Of a stretch of 64,000 bases of DNA, positions 1 to 9,668 are shown piece after piece. Origin of the DNA: Nanobdellota archaeon (GTDB lineage Archaea; Nanobdellota; Nanobdellia; Pacearchaeales; GW2011-AR1); the NCBI GenBank assembly GCA_038045705.1, contig JBBSXO010000001.1:111669-175668 (forward strand). Reading direction: 5' to 3'. The notes under the pieces are model-generated. The model had not been told where the DNA came from, searched no databases, and saw only the letters and a list, made by a program, of their open reading frames with translations. Position 1 is the first letter of the stretch. Each line of letters starts with the position of its first letter. The position numbers and the translations under genes were made by a program.

Positions 1-1
1 G

Positions 2-1264
2 AAAACATTTTGTTCAGCAGGTCAAACATTAAACAGTAACTTAACAATTGATAGTGTTAGCTGGGATAATAACGGCGAAGGAGAAGAAAATGATTGGGAA
101 CTTTTAGATGAAATTGAAGTTGAAATGGATATTAAAAATAACAATCAAGATGATGAAGTTGATGTAGTTGCAGTACTTGGTTTATTTGACAGTTCTGGAA
201 ATGATGTTTCAGACGAATTAACATTCCTTGGAGATTCAAGGGAAGATGAAGAACAAATTGAAATTAGTATTGATGATGATAGTGAAGAAACAGTAAACTG
301 GGAGTTTAAAGTTCCAGCAGACTTTGATGCAGGAGAATACAAACTTGCAGTTAAAGTTTATGATGAAGATGCAGGTCAAAATAATGACTGTAAAGACACA
401 GCTAGTGAACTAGATGAAAATTTCTATCAGCCAATAACAATTGAGCAGACTTCAGATGAAGGTCGTTTTGTAATCGTAGATGAAATTGAATTAGACAATC
501 AGCTTACATGTGGAGAAACAGCAACAGGACAATTTACTGTTTTCAACGTTGGTGAAGACGACGAAGAAAGAGTAAGGATAACAATCAGAAACAGAGATCT
601 TAACATAGATTTAGTTAGAGAAATAACTTCTGACTTAGATCAGGGAGAAGATGAAACTCTGGACTTTTCAGTGACTATTCCTGCAACAGTACCTAGCGGG
701 ACTTACACCTTAGAGTTTCTGACAGAATATGATTATGACGATGGAGTTTATGATCAAGAAGGAGACGAATCATTTGACTATTCATTCGAAGTAATTGGAT
801 GCACTCAGAACACAGGCAATCCTGGTTCTGGAGGGTTAACCAATATAAGAATTGATGCTGAGCTTGATTCAGAAGCAAAAGCTGGCGAAGAGCTTGTAGT
901 TGTTGCAACAGTCAGTAATACTGGAACAGAAGATGCCACATATAGTATAAGCGCTCGTGGATATTCCTCATGGGCAGAATTAACAGATATTTCACCCGGA
1001 ACAATATCAGTTGATGCTGGAGAAAGCAAAGAAGTCATAATAAAAATGATGGTTAATAAAGACACTTCAGGGTTGCAGTCATTTGATATGCAAGTATCAG
1101 AAGGTAGCAGATCTCAAATACAAGAAATTGAAGTTGAACTAGCTTCTTCAGACTCTTTAGGACTTTTAAGTTCAGGAAGCTCACTAATCTGGATAATTGG
1201 TGCAGTAAACTTAATACTTATAATTTTGATAATTGTAGTTGCAATTAGAGTGTCTCGTAGATAA
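2..1264 (+). CDS. Putative S-layer/surface protein with Ig-like domains and C-terminal sorting signal (5' truncated by the window edge)
   Basis: Frame is open from base 2 (KTFCSAGQ...) into the 125..1264 ORF. Acidic, beta-rich repeats; ends in a hydrophobic helix plus basic tail (LIWIIGAVNLILIILIIVVAIRVSRR); directly upstream of a sortase-like gene. Confidence 0.75.
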   Translation, partial: KTFCSAGQTLNSNLTIDSVSWDNNGEGEENDWELLDEIEVEMDIKNNNQDDEVDVVAVLGLFDSSGNDVSDELTFLGDSREDEEQIEISIDDDSEETVNWEFKVPADFDAGEYKLAVKVYDEDAGQNNDCKDTASELDENFYQPITIEQTSDEGRFVIVDEIELDNQLTCGETATGQFTVFNVGEDDEERVRITIRNRDLNIDLVREITSDLDQGEDETLDFSVTIPATVPSGTYTLEFLTEYDYDDGVYDQEGDESFDYSFEVIGCTQNTGNPGSGGLTNIRIDAELDSEAKAGEELVVVATVSNTGTEDATYSISARGYSSWAELTDISPGTISVDAGESKEVIIKMMVNKDTSGLQSFDMQVSEGSRSQIQEIEVELASSDSLGLLSSGSSLIWIIGAVNLILIILIIVVAIRVSRR

Positions 1265-1301
1265 GCAAACATATTTTTAAGCAACAATTCTCTAAACAAT
1301 T

Positions 1302-1892
1302 ATGGAAAGAAAGTTTTTTTCAATAATTCTAAGATATTTTTTACTTTTAATTTTAGGTCTAGGTAATTTATTTATTTTTTATTTAATCTTTACACCATTG
1401 ACCGTTTATCCAGTATTCTGGTTAATAGGTTTTTCAACTGAATCAACTCTTCTTCAAGGAACATACACAAAGGCATGCGATTTAGCACAAAGTAGCTTCC
1501 TACAAGAAATAGCGTGTATGAATACAACTATATTCTTTCAAGATTATTTTGCAAGTATTATCCCAGCATGTATTGCAGGTTCAGCATATTATCTTTTATT
1601 AATATTAAATTTAAGTACGCCCATGGAAATGAAAAAAAGAATAAAAAGCTTATTATTTTTATTAGGTTTATTTTTATTACTGAATATAACAAGAATATTT
1701 ACATTCGCAATGATTTTTGCAAATAAAAATTATGAATTATTTAATATAGCTCACACAGCATCATGGTATTTTGGAAGCACAATATTAGTCATATTATTAT
1801 GGTTTAGTAATGTATTATTATTTAAGATTAAATCCATACCAATATTAACAGATATTACATCGATAATAAACTCCATGAGGACCAAAAAATGA
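1302..1892 (+). CDS. Archaeosortase/exosortase-family protein (pacearchaeosortase-like)
   Basis: Multi-TM protein with exosortase-type Cys (IIPACIAG), Arg (LNITRI) and His (AHTASW) in the expected order. Confidence 0.8.
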   Translation: MERKFFSIILRYFLLLILGLGNLFIFYLIFTPLTVYPVFWLIGFSTESTLLQGTYTKACDLAQSSFLQEIACMNTTIFFQDYFASIIPACIAGSAYYLLLILNLSTPMEMKKRIKSLLFLLGLFLLLNITRIFTFAMIFANKNYELFNIAHTASWYFGSTILVILLWFSNVLLFKIKSIPILTDITSIINSMRTKK

Positions 1893-2518
1893 ATCTTATC
1901 ACAAATATAATTGAATTATTGATAGCATTAGTGTCAGATTTAGGATATCTGGGCATTTTATTAGGCATGACTATCGAAAGCTCCATAATCCCTTTTCCTG
2001 CAGAGTTAATCTTGCCTCCAGCAGGAGTCTTAGTTTCAAGAGGAGATATGTCTTTTATTCTAGTGTTAGCAATGGCAATAGTAGGGAGTATCTTGGGGGC
2101 ATTAGTTAATTATTTTATAGCATACTATCTTGGAAGAAAAACTGTAAATAAACTCCTTCTAAAATATGGTAAGATATTTTTCATAAAAAAAGAAGAATTG
2201 ATAAAATCTGAGAATACATTTAGAAAGCATGGAGAAATAACAACTTTCTTTGGAAGATTAATCCCTGGAATAAGGTCGTTTGTTTCGCTTCCAGCTGGTT
2301 TCTATAAAATGAATTTGATGAGATTTTGTTTTTTTACAGGTTTAGGAGCAGGTATATGGTCAGCGATTTTAATTTACCTGGGGATGTTTTATGGAGAAAA
2401 TCAAGATTCAATAGAGAATATGTTAGGATCTCTTACATGGATCATCATAGCAGTAGTCTTAATTATAATCCTAATTTATATTTACATTCGTAAAAAGTTA
2501 AATCTTAAAATTAAATAA
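1889..2518 (+). CDS. DedA family membrane protein
   Basis: ESSIIPFPAE, GSILGALVNYFIAYYLG and FFGRLIPGIRSFVSLPAG motifs. Confidence 0.92.
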   Translation: MNLITNIIELLIALVSDLGYLGILLGMTIESSIIPFPAELILPPAGVLVSRGDMSFILVLAMAIVGSILGALVNYFIAYYLGRKTVNKLLLKYGKIFFIKKEELIKSENTFRKHGEITTFFGRLIPGIRSFVSLPAGFYKMNLMRFCFFTGLGAGIWSAILIYLGMFYGENQDSIENMLGSLTWIIIAVVLIIILIYIYIRKKLNLKIK

Positions 2519-3152
2519 AGGCTTTTCTAGCTTCAACAATTGATTGAGTTTCTAATTTTTCAACAGCCTCAAGAATCTCACAGTTAGCTACTTCAATCCT
2601 GTAACAATTTCCCTCAATAGAAACTTTAGTTTCATTGGATTTCAATATTTCGATAACTTTATTTCCAGGTCTATTTTCACAAGTAGCCCATAGATCTCTG
2701 CGACTTCCAGCCTGCCAAAAGTCAAGATTTCCTGCAACAACAGTCATTTGGTTATCAGATATGAAACTAGACAAGCTTCCAACAGCAAGCGCACCATATC
2801 TACACTGTTGCAAACCTTCACTATTTATTGATATATAGACTACGGAGCCAGGAACCATCAAATTAGATTTACCTGTTAAAGAAACATTATTCTCTCTAGG
2901 ATCTGTTCTAATATAGAAGTTATACTGTGCAAAAGCACCAGATTGGGTTTTAATATAATAAGTATGGTGAAATAATGGTATATCTCCAATCTTTTTTTTA
3001 GAAAAAGTAAGACCCTCATATTCAAAATAATTCAGACTCTTAAAATATGCACTTGCAATCAAGAATACTATAACTAACACTGCAAGAAAACCAAGAATTC
3101 CAAGTAATTCTCTTTCCAATTTTCTTTCTTTCTTTATAATCTTTTTATCCAT
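2511..3152 (-). CDS. Hypothetical membrane-anchored protein
   Basis: 213-aa ORF with an N-terminal TM and a Cys-containing extracellular part. Confidence 0.7.
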   Translation of the reverse strand: MDKKIIKKERKLERELLGILGFLAVLVIVFLIASAYFKSLNYFEYEGLTFSKKKIGDIPLFHHTYYIKTQSGAFAQYNFYIRTDPRENNVSLTGKSNLMVPGSVVYISINSEGLQQCRYGALAVGSLSSFISDNQMTVVAGNLDFWQAGSRRDLWATCENRPGNKVIEILKSNETKVSIEGNCYRIEVANCEILEAVEKLETQSIVEARKAFI

Positions 3153-3181
3153 ATTAATAATTGATATTTAGTCTTTTAAAA

Positions 3182-3736
3182 TTAACTGATTCCTAATATT
3201 TTGTATAAAAATGCATCAACTGTCTTCATATTTCCCTTAATAAAAATACAATTTTGCTCTTCAGTTATGCTTTGAATATAGTCATCCCTTACGACGATTA
3301 ATGGATCAGGAGACGAACAGTCTTTTTCTGGTAAATCTCTTTCACACTGTCCATAACATGCCTCTTTAATATTTCCTAAATAAAGGCCAAGGCTATTATG
3401 TATTTCTTGCAGGCTACCAATCATTTCAGTATCAACATAAATTTGTTTGCCAGATAAATCTGCTAAATTTTTACTTATCTGATAAGATGAGGTGTTAACT
3501 TCATCAACATGATGCGTAAAATAATATTTTTGATTTCCAGTAGTATAAATCCAGTATTGGCCATTATTACTAAATCCTTGAGTTTCGTCAGGAACATTAT
3601 TTCCCCCAAAATTAACCATACTCAATGCAAATCCAAGAGTACTTAACAAAAGTAAGGAGATTATTACTATTCCTGAAATACGTTTTCTTCTTTGTTCTCT
3701 TTGAGTTATTTCTTTCAAACTTCTTATTTGACCCAT
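3182..3736 (-). CDS. Hypothetical membrane-anchored protein
   Basis: N-terminal TM; Cys-containing C-terminus with a layout similar to the neighbouring gene. Confidence 0.7.
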   Translation of the reverse strand: MGQIRSLKEITQREQRRKRISGIVIISLLLLSTLGFALSMVNFGGNNVPDETQGFSNNGQYWIYTTGNQKYYFTHHVDEVNTSSYQISKNLADLSGKQIYVDTEMIGSLQEIHNSLGLYLGNIKEACYGQCERDLPEKDCSSPDPLIVVRDDYIQSITEEQNCIFIKGNMKTVDAFLYKILGIS

Positions 3737-3794
3737 ATCATTCAAAGAAAAAACTCATTTAAAAAACTTGGTTTTCTTAGTTGTCACACTCTAA

Positions 3795-3832
3795 AGAAAT
3801 AAAAAAGAAAAAAAATAAAAAAAAGAAAAAAT
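3795..3832 (-). terminator. Long U-rich terminator after the S-layer gene
   Basis: About 35-nt A-rich run on the + strand (U-rich transcript) just past the stop codon; archaeal oligo-U termination. Confidence 0.55.
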
Positions 3833-3844
3833 CAGTTCACCTAT

Positions 3845-6481
3845 TTAAGCCGTAACAACAGTAGCTGCCGTAGCAGTTGTACCTGTCAATTTATGGTTTA
3901 CGTTAGTCATTGGTTCTTGAGTTGTCAAGTATGTTGCTGCGTTAGCAGTATCACCTTGTTCCCAACCACCAACAAGAGTAGCAACCTTAGAACTAGCCCA
4001 TGGGTTAGCAAATGTTTGGATTATCCATTCACCGCTTCCAGCACCACTAGCTGCAGTCCATGAAGCACCACAACCAGCACCGCTCCCTAGTAATGTTGAT
4101 GCAGCAGTATTTACACAGCTACCTCCAACAACGATTAAGTTCTTAGATGACATCGCAGTATTAGCTGACAATTCATCATCCATTATCTTAACATTTCCTA
4201 GAGTAGTTGAACTAGATCCAACAGCTAAGCTATCAACATATACCTTTGCAGTTGTCTGAGTTTCAGGGTAGCTTATTTTAACGTGGTATTGGTCAGAATC
4301 AGATTGATCTGTTTCAACCAATGTTCCCCACTGATCCATCTTTTGATAAAGTTTATCATTGGTTTCAGTTTGGAATCCAGTATTTCCATAAGCAGTTCCT
4401 TTCATGTCGTTATCGCTGTTCCATGAGAAAGATGATTCACTCACACTTACTCCAGTATCACTTACTCCTGCTCCTGACGTTTCAACAATCAAAGTGTTGT
4501 AGACATCAGCTTCATCTTTTTCTTCGAATAAGATGATTGCAGGACGTGAGATAACAGCTCCGCCTTCCATTACATAAACCTTTGTCTCATTTACATTTCC
4601 AGTACTTGTAAAGTTAATTGTTAATTGACCAACGGTTGCTGTTGCAGAAGATGCTCCATCAGATGCAGTTGTGTTAATTGCTAGTGAGCTTCCAACTGTA
4701 AAGTTGTGCAATCCACCAGCATTAGCAAGTGCAACGTTTGTATATCCATCTCCATCAGGAATCACAGCATTACTTCCCAACAAACCATTCGTACCATCCC
4801 ATGAGGTTAAGTTTATGGTTATAGGTTCATAGAATGCTAAGTTAGCACCCTTTGAAGTCTCTATAGTTGGCCATAATATCATATTTGACCCAGTAGAGTC
4901 CGGTTGATTGAATCGGACAAATTGACTGCCATCACTACTTGGATTCTTAACATAACTAAATGTATAAGAGTTTCCAGCTATATCTATTGTTCCAGATCCC
5001 TCAGATGTAGCCTCGCCCTGGGTACTTTCTTGAGTAACTAAGTTCTTTACTGTAATATAGTCATCACCAAATCCAGTAGTTCCATTTTGGATGCCTGTAA
5101 CTTCAAGCAAAACTCCTTCGTCTTGGTTACCCAAAACAACAGAGCCTGACTGATTCACCCGAGCCATTTCAGCAACTTCTAACTCCCAATCATTTCCATC
5201 TCCAAGCCAAACACCAGTTCTACCTGAAGACCTGTTGTTGAGCCACTCCCAATTTTCGAGAGTTTCTCCTTCCCAGCTTGTAAATGTTATGGAAGCCATA
5301 TCTGTTCCAGATGGTTTGATAAGGATGTCCTCACGTTCATCAGTACTCTCCAAACCGGCAGACAAGCTATCAAAGACTAATCTGAAAGATCCATAAACTG
5401 GATCAACAAATTCATCTCCTGTCTTGAAAAAGTCAGCACTTCCATCGTCAGCAAATACTTGGATAGTAAGCTTTGTTATGTTTCCAGGATAAGTTCCTGC
5501 AGTTTCAAAGTCTACTTGAGTTCCATCAATTGCAGTTTCATCTGTTCCCGTTTTAACTTCGCTTCCATCTTGTAATGTTAAGCGGTTAGCTCCAACAACA
5601 ATCTCTGCTTGAATTACATTCGTAGCAGTTGATTCATCTGCAGTATTTACAGCTACTTCTACCCCCATTATTTTCTTGGAAGCAGCTTCGTTAATCTCTT
5701 TCTGATCAGATTGACCAGCAGAGTTTGTAACTTTTACAGTAGCTGCAGTATCAGACGCAGCAACAAGTTCTATAGTATATGTTTCACCCTCAACTTCAAC
5801 AGCTTTAGATGGAACAGAGCTCGCGCTCCCTACACTAAGCTGTAATGTTTCAGCAGATCTGAATAATATTAACTTAGTATCAGATGTAGCAGACGAAACA
5901 GTAAAATCTTGACCAAACAAATTTATACTTTCACCTTCAGAATCCGCGTGTGTAAAGTTAACAGCTTCATCAAAAGTTACTGTCGTATTGTATAAATAAG
6001 TTGCCGCAGTAGTTCCATACAACATACCGACACTAGGATCAAAACTAGATGTAGGTTCCTTTGCAAAAATAACTCTTGGGTTTGATCCAAGAACTATTTT
6101 GAATTGCGCTTCAGCTTCCACATTTCCAGAGAATTCTGTATCTCCGAGAACAGTTGGAAGATTAGAGTCTGTAACTGAGCTTCTAACGGAACTCAATGAG
6201 TTGTTTAGTTGAATAGGTGTCGATGAAGTAAATAGCTCATAAGCTTCATTACTTGCAGGAGCACCACTTCCACCACTACCAGCAAGAGCAGTACTCAATG
6301 CAGTAGATATATCAGTAACAGCGCCTAGATCTAAAGAATTACCATATACTATAGCTACATCAGCATTACCACTCGAAACGAATGGAGCAGGGAAGTTAGC
6401 AGCAGCAGCAAGTGCAACTGTAGATCCAAGCATAGCTGTAGAAGCCATAGCAGAGGCAATTTTTCTAAAATTAAATTTCAT
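3845..6481 (-). CDS. Major S-layer protein (Methanococcales-type N- and C-terminal S-layer domains)
   Basis: N-terminus MKFNFRKIAS...ALAAAANFPAPFV...ADVAIVYG and C-terminal NLIVVGGSCVN motif; many N-x-S/T sequons; strong SD (GGAGG). Confidence 0.85.
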   Translation of the reverse strand: MKFNFRKIASAMASTAMLGSTVALAAAANFPAPFVSSGNADVAIVYGNSLDLGAVTDISTALSTALAGSGGSGAPASNEAYELFTSSTPIQLNNSLSSVRSSVTDSNLPTVLGDTEFSGNVEAEAQFKIVLGSNPRVIFAKEPTSSFDPSVGMLYGTTAATYLYNTTVTFDEAVNFTHADSEGESINLFGQDFTVSSATSDTKLILFRSAETLQLSVGSASSVPSKAVEVEGETYTIELVAASDTAATVKVTNSAGQSDQKEINEAASKKIMGVEVAVNTADESTATNVIQAEIVVGANRLTLQDGSEVKTGTDETAIDGTQVDFETAGTYPGNITKLTIQVFADDGSADFFKTGDEFVDPVYGSFRLVFDSLSAGLESTDEREDILIKPSGTDMASITFTSWEGETLENWEWLNNRSSGRTGVWLGDGNDWELEVAEMARVNQSGSVVLGNQDEGVLLEVTGIQNGTTGFGDDYITVKNLVTQESTQGEATSEGSGTIDIAGNSYTFSYVKNPSSDGSQFVRFNQPDSTGSNMILWPTIETSKGANLAFYEPITINLTSWDGTNGLLGSNAVIPDGDGYTNVALANAGGLHNFTVGSSLAINTTASDGASSATATVGQLTINFTSTGNVNETKVYVMEGGAVISRPAIILFEEKDEADVYNTLIVETSGAGVSDTGVSVSESSFSWNSDNDMKGTAYGNTGFQTETNDKLYQKMDQWGTLVETDQSDSDQYHVKISYPETQTTAKVYVDSLAVGSSSTTLGNVKIMDDELSANTAMSSKNLIVVGGSCVNTAASTLLGSGAGCGASWTAASGAGSGEWIIQTFANPWASSKVATLVGGWEQGDTANAATYLTTQEPMTNVNHKLTGTTATAATVVTA

Positions 6482-6682
6482 TATTTATTATAAACCTCCT
6501 TTCAGTTATGTCGCGTAGCAACTCCGCAGAGTCCCTCATCAAGGAAGCCACCGGTTTAATCCGTAGCCCGCCAAGTGAGCCGTGCAATATACGTTTTGTT
6601 TCGTTTTGTATCGGTCTCATCATTTAGATTTACGCTCCGAAGAGCGTTAAGTACTCTACTGAAAAGCTCTTTAAAAAGCTTT
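6482..6682 (-). promoter_or_regulatory. S-layer promoter and about 165-nt structured 5' leader
   Basis: BRE/TATA-like AAAGCTTTTTAAAGA at 6668-6682, C(UUCG)G hairpin at 6632-6647, GC-rich leader, SD at about 6495-6500. Confidence 0.6.
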
Positions 6683-6864
6683 CTATCTCTGTTCGCTTAT
6701 TTACATGACTCAATTGTCAACTTTGATATTTATATATAAACATTTGCTTATTACTACATAATGATTAAATAATTATATCGTTGTTATTCAAATAAATATA
6801 TGGTATTTTTAGAATATAGGGCATAGAAAACATATAAATAGTTAAATGTATTAAATATAGTATT

Positions 6865-7224
6865 ATGGTCCAAAAACAAAGAATAAAAGAGATAACTATA
6901 ACTGAAGAGAGAGGAACATTTTCTTCTTTCTTCAAAAAGTTTTCAAGTGACAAAAACGATTTTGATTTCAAGGGTTTAGATTCATTAAGATCTTTACTTT
7001 CAAACGAAAAAGCTAGGATTCTCCATGTTATAAAATCAAGAAATCCTAAATCAATCTATGATGTTTCTAAGTTGGTAAATAGAGACTTTAAGTCTGTATC
7101 TCAAGATATAAAACTCTTAGAAGAGTTTGGTCTCATAGATTTAATAAAAGAAAGCACCGGAAAAAGAGAAAGATTAAGACCAGTTATCATAATAGACATA
7201 TTAAAAATAGATATAGTCTTATAA
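6865..7224 (+). CDS. Winged-HTH putative transcriptional regulator
   Basis: RILHVIK..PKSIYDVSKLVNRDFKSVSQDIKLLEEFGLI helix-turn-helix pattern. Confidence 0.8.
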   Translation: MVQKQRIKEITITEERGTFSSFFKKFSSDKNDFDFKGLDSLRSLLSNEKARILHVIKSRNPKSIYDVSKLVNRDFKSVSQDIKLLEEFGLIDLIKESTGKRERLRPVIIIDILKIDIVL

Positions 7225-7731
7225 TTATGAGCATAATTTTGCCTGAACAACTATGTTCCCAGGAAACTGAGGTATAAAATAAGAGTTACCTATGTAATTA
7301 TTGCTACAATTCCCTTGATTTATGGAGAATATTTCTTCTCCTTGCCCGCTCGAAGAATTAGAGTTATATTTACCTACAACTTCATATCCTTTGTAAGGGT
7401 ATTCTGGACCAACTTTCCAAGTAGCATTGAACATGCTTACAATAGCACCTTCAACAGATTCACAAGAATTAGATCCACTTAAGCAAGAGTTATCGAAAGA
7501 ATGGCATTCCTTTATCAATTCATTAAGTGCAAGGTTTTTACCGTTTACCCTTATAACACAATCAGTTGTCTGCTCCATAGAACTTTCAATAAACTGGTAT
7601 AATATCTCGCTATTCTTTTGAACAGGTTCTGGATTTCGTAACTTTATTCCTATAAATATAACCAATGCAATAGCTAAAATTACAACAATAAGCACAAAGC
7701 CAACTATCTCCTCTTGACCCTTTTTCTTCAT
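7225..7731 (-). CDS. Pilin-like protein (class III signal peptide)
   Basis: MKKKG/QEEIVGFVLIVVIL. Confidence 0.75.
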   Translation of the reverse strand: MKKKGQEEIVGFVLIVVILAIALVIFIGIKLRNPEPVQKNSEILYQFIESSMEQTTDCVIRVNGKNLALNELIKECHSFDNSCLSGSNSCESVEGAIVSMFNATWKVGPEYPYKGYEVVGKYNSNSSSGQGEEIFSINQGNCSNNYIGNSYFIPQFPGNIVVQAKLCS

Positions 7732-7733
7732 AA

Positions 7734-8252
7734 TTATGATACTCCCTCAAAACCCATCAATATTTTACCAAGTTCACATTTAGTCTGTTTAATCTCATTG
7801 TCAAATCTACAAAGAGAAACAAAAGACTCGTAAGCCTCAAAATCTCCTTTATTTACAAGAGTTATTTCATTACATCGTGGATAACTTTCAGTAGTACACT
7901 CGCTTGTTTCATACAATGGATAAACTCTACTAATCTTAATTAATGAAACATCAGTCCAAAATCCTTTGTAGGAGTTTCTTTCCTTAAGCAAAAACAATTT
8001 ATCTAAATCTACACAGGAGCTACAATCATCAGAACTAATCCAATTAAATTCAGGAGTTCCAGCCATCTTTCTGACTTGTGTTAAAACTGCCTCTTTTCGC
8101 AAATCATCTACATCTCCTCTTAAAGAACTAAATCTTATAGAAACAAAGAAAACAGAAACTATTCCAAATAGAATAATTATTGCAACTATAATAAAAACCA
8201 TTTGTTGTATTTTAAACTGACCTTTAGAATATTTTACATGAAGCAAGTTCAT
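7734..8252 (-). CDS. Pilin-like protein (class III signal peptide)
   Basis: SKG/QFKIQQMVFIIVAII; AGGAGG upstream of ATG 8252. Confidence 0.7.
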   Translation of the reverse strand: MNLLHVKYSKGQFKIQQMVFIIVAIIILFGIVSVFFVSIRFSSLRGDVDDLRKEAVLTQVRKMAGTPEFNWISSDDCSSCVDLDKLFLLKERNSYKGFWTDVSLIKISRVYPLYETSECTTESYPRCNEITLVNKGDFEAYESFVSLCRFDNEIKQTKCELGKILMGFEGVS

Positions 8253-9171
8253 TATTCCTCCTTTCCAAATCTTTTGCAATAGGGATAACTTGTCTTACAA
8301 AATCCCTTGAATTATTTATATTTGCTACAAGGATAAAATTTTGTAAATCTGAGACGAGATTATTAGAACAACCACTGCCTTCAACATATATAGCCTTCTT
8401 AGAATAAACAACTGCCAGTTCAGAAGCCCTTTTCATTAATCTTTTGACTTGACACTCATATATTTCATAATCTGAAAGTATTGCACCAAGCATAAGATTG
8501 TCCCCATCATAATACATATCTTTTCCAGATTTACTTACAACCTTAGACATAGTGTTTACATTAATATCACATCCTATTCTATCAAAACATACTTTAGTTG
8601 AATTTGCAGGACAAGATAGGATATTAGTAGAAATGTTTATTCCTATATCTTGCTTGCCATCAGCAGACAAATCTAAAATTAACTCTTCAATGTCATTTGT
8701 AGGATTAACAAAACAATATTTTTGCCCATAAATAGAGATTATATCTCCTATTTTAAAAGGAGCAAATATAGGATTAACCATAACATTTAGTTTATCATTC
8801 TTAGTTTCTTCAATCTTTCTAGAAAATATATATTTGTTATAAACTGACTTTCTAACGCTTTGTTCACTCCATTCATCTCTTGATTTTGATGCTGTGCTTA
8901 ATCTTTGTATTCCGAAAGCTCCATCAGTAGAACATTCATTGTAAACCTTGGTATCTGTAGCAAATTCAATTACAGAATATTTGTTATCTTCAAGATTTGT
9001 TTCAACAGGGTTAAGTAAGTTAGCAAGCTCTCCTGCAACTAAAGTATCTCTCTTAACATCGCTAGAATTGATTAATTGAGATGTTATATAAATAGCAGAA
9101 GCAAGTATCACTGCTCCCGCAATAATAGCGAATATCCAACTAAATGTAAAATCTATTCCTTTTTTATTCAT
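8224..9171 (-). CDS. Pilin-like protein (class III signal peptide), Cys-containing
   Basis: MNKKG/IDFTFSWIFAIIAGAVIL. Confidence 0.7.
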   Translation of the reverse strand: MNKKGIDFTFSWIFAIIAGAVILASAIYITSQLINSSDVKRDTLVAGELANLLNPVETNLEDNKYSVIEFATDTKVYNECSTDGAFGIQRLSTASKSRDEWSEQSVRKSVYNKYIFSRKIEETKNDKLNVMVNPIFAPFKIGDIISIYGQKYCFVNPTNDIEELILDLSADGKQDIGINISTNILSCPANSTKVCFDRIGCDINVNTMSKVVSKSGKDMYYDGDNLMLGAILSDYEIYECQVKRLMKRASELAVVYSKKAIYVEGSGCSNNLVSDLQNFILVANINNSRDFVRQVIPIAKDLERRNNELASCKIF

Positions 9172-9667
9172 GTTGCACTTTAACAAGAGATTCAAATTCT
9201 CCTTTGGACAGCCTTATGTTTACTTTTCTATTTACAGATTCAAAACAATCAAAAGTTCCAAGAGAAGAAATGTCTATTTTATCTATTTTTTTGAAAGCAA
9301 ATTCATTAGCTTTTTCAGGGGGATAAATAAACATGTTTGTATTTTCTTGTTGAAATCTTGAAGAGCTTTGTCTTAAAGATTTTAATTGTGAAGTATATCT
9401 TCCAGCATCAATATTGTTAGCAATAGATCCAAAGCAAACAAACTTTACAGAACTAGGAGTTGAAAAACTAACCACTTTATTTGTAGTAGCAGAACTCCAA
9501 ATATCATTTACTGAATTTTGAAATTCTTCGTAAAAAAGTCCAATTTCGGCAACGCTTCCAACTTGTAAAAAGATAGTTATTCCGTAAACAGCAACTCCAA
9601 TAAGTGCAATTATTATGATCACAGAGAAAATCATTCCAAATGAGATTTCAATAGATCCCTTTACCAT
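9164..9667 (-). CDS. Pilin-like protein (class III signal peptide)
   Basis: MVKG/SIEISFGMIFSVIII. Confidence 0.72.
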   Translation of the reverse strand: MVKGSIEISFGMIFSVIIIIALIGVAVYGITIFLQVGSVAEIGLFYEEFQNSVNDIWSSATTNKVVSFSTPSSVKFVCFGSIANNIDAGRYTSQLKSLRQSSSRFQQENTNMFIYPPEKANEFAFKKIDKIDISSLGTFDCFESVNRKVNIRLSKGEFESLVKVQHE

Positions 9668-9668
9668 T

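Noticed and set aside
6590..6625. Hammerhead-like UGAUGAG...CGAAAC in the S-layer leader
   Set aside because: It lacks the C of CUGANGA, and no stem II pairs between the motifs.
6482..6660. SRP RNA or 5S rRNA in the GC-rich leader
   Set aside because: No SRP helix-8 motif or 5S consensus; the position fits a 5' UTR.
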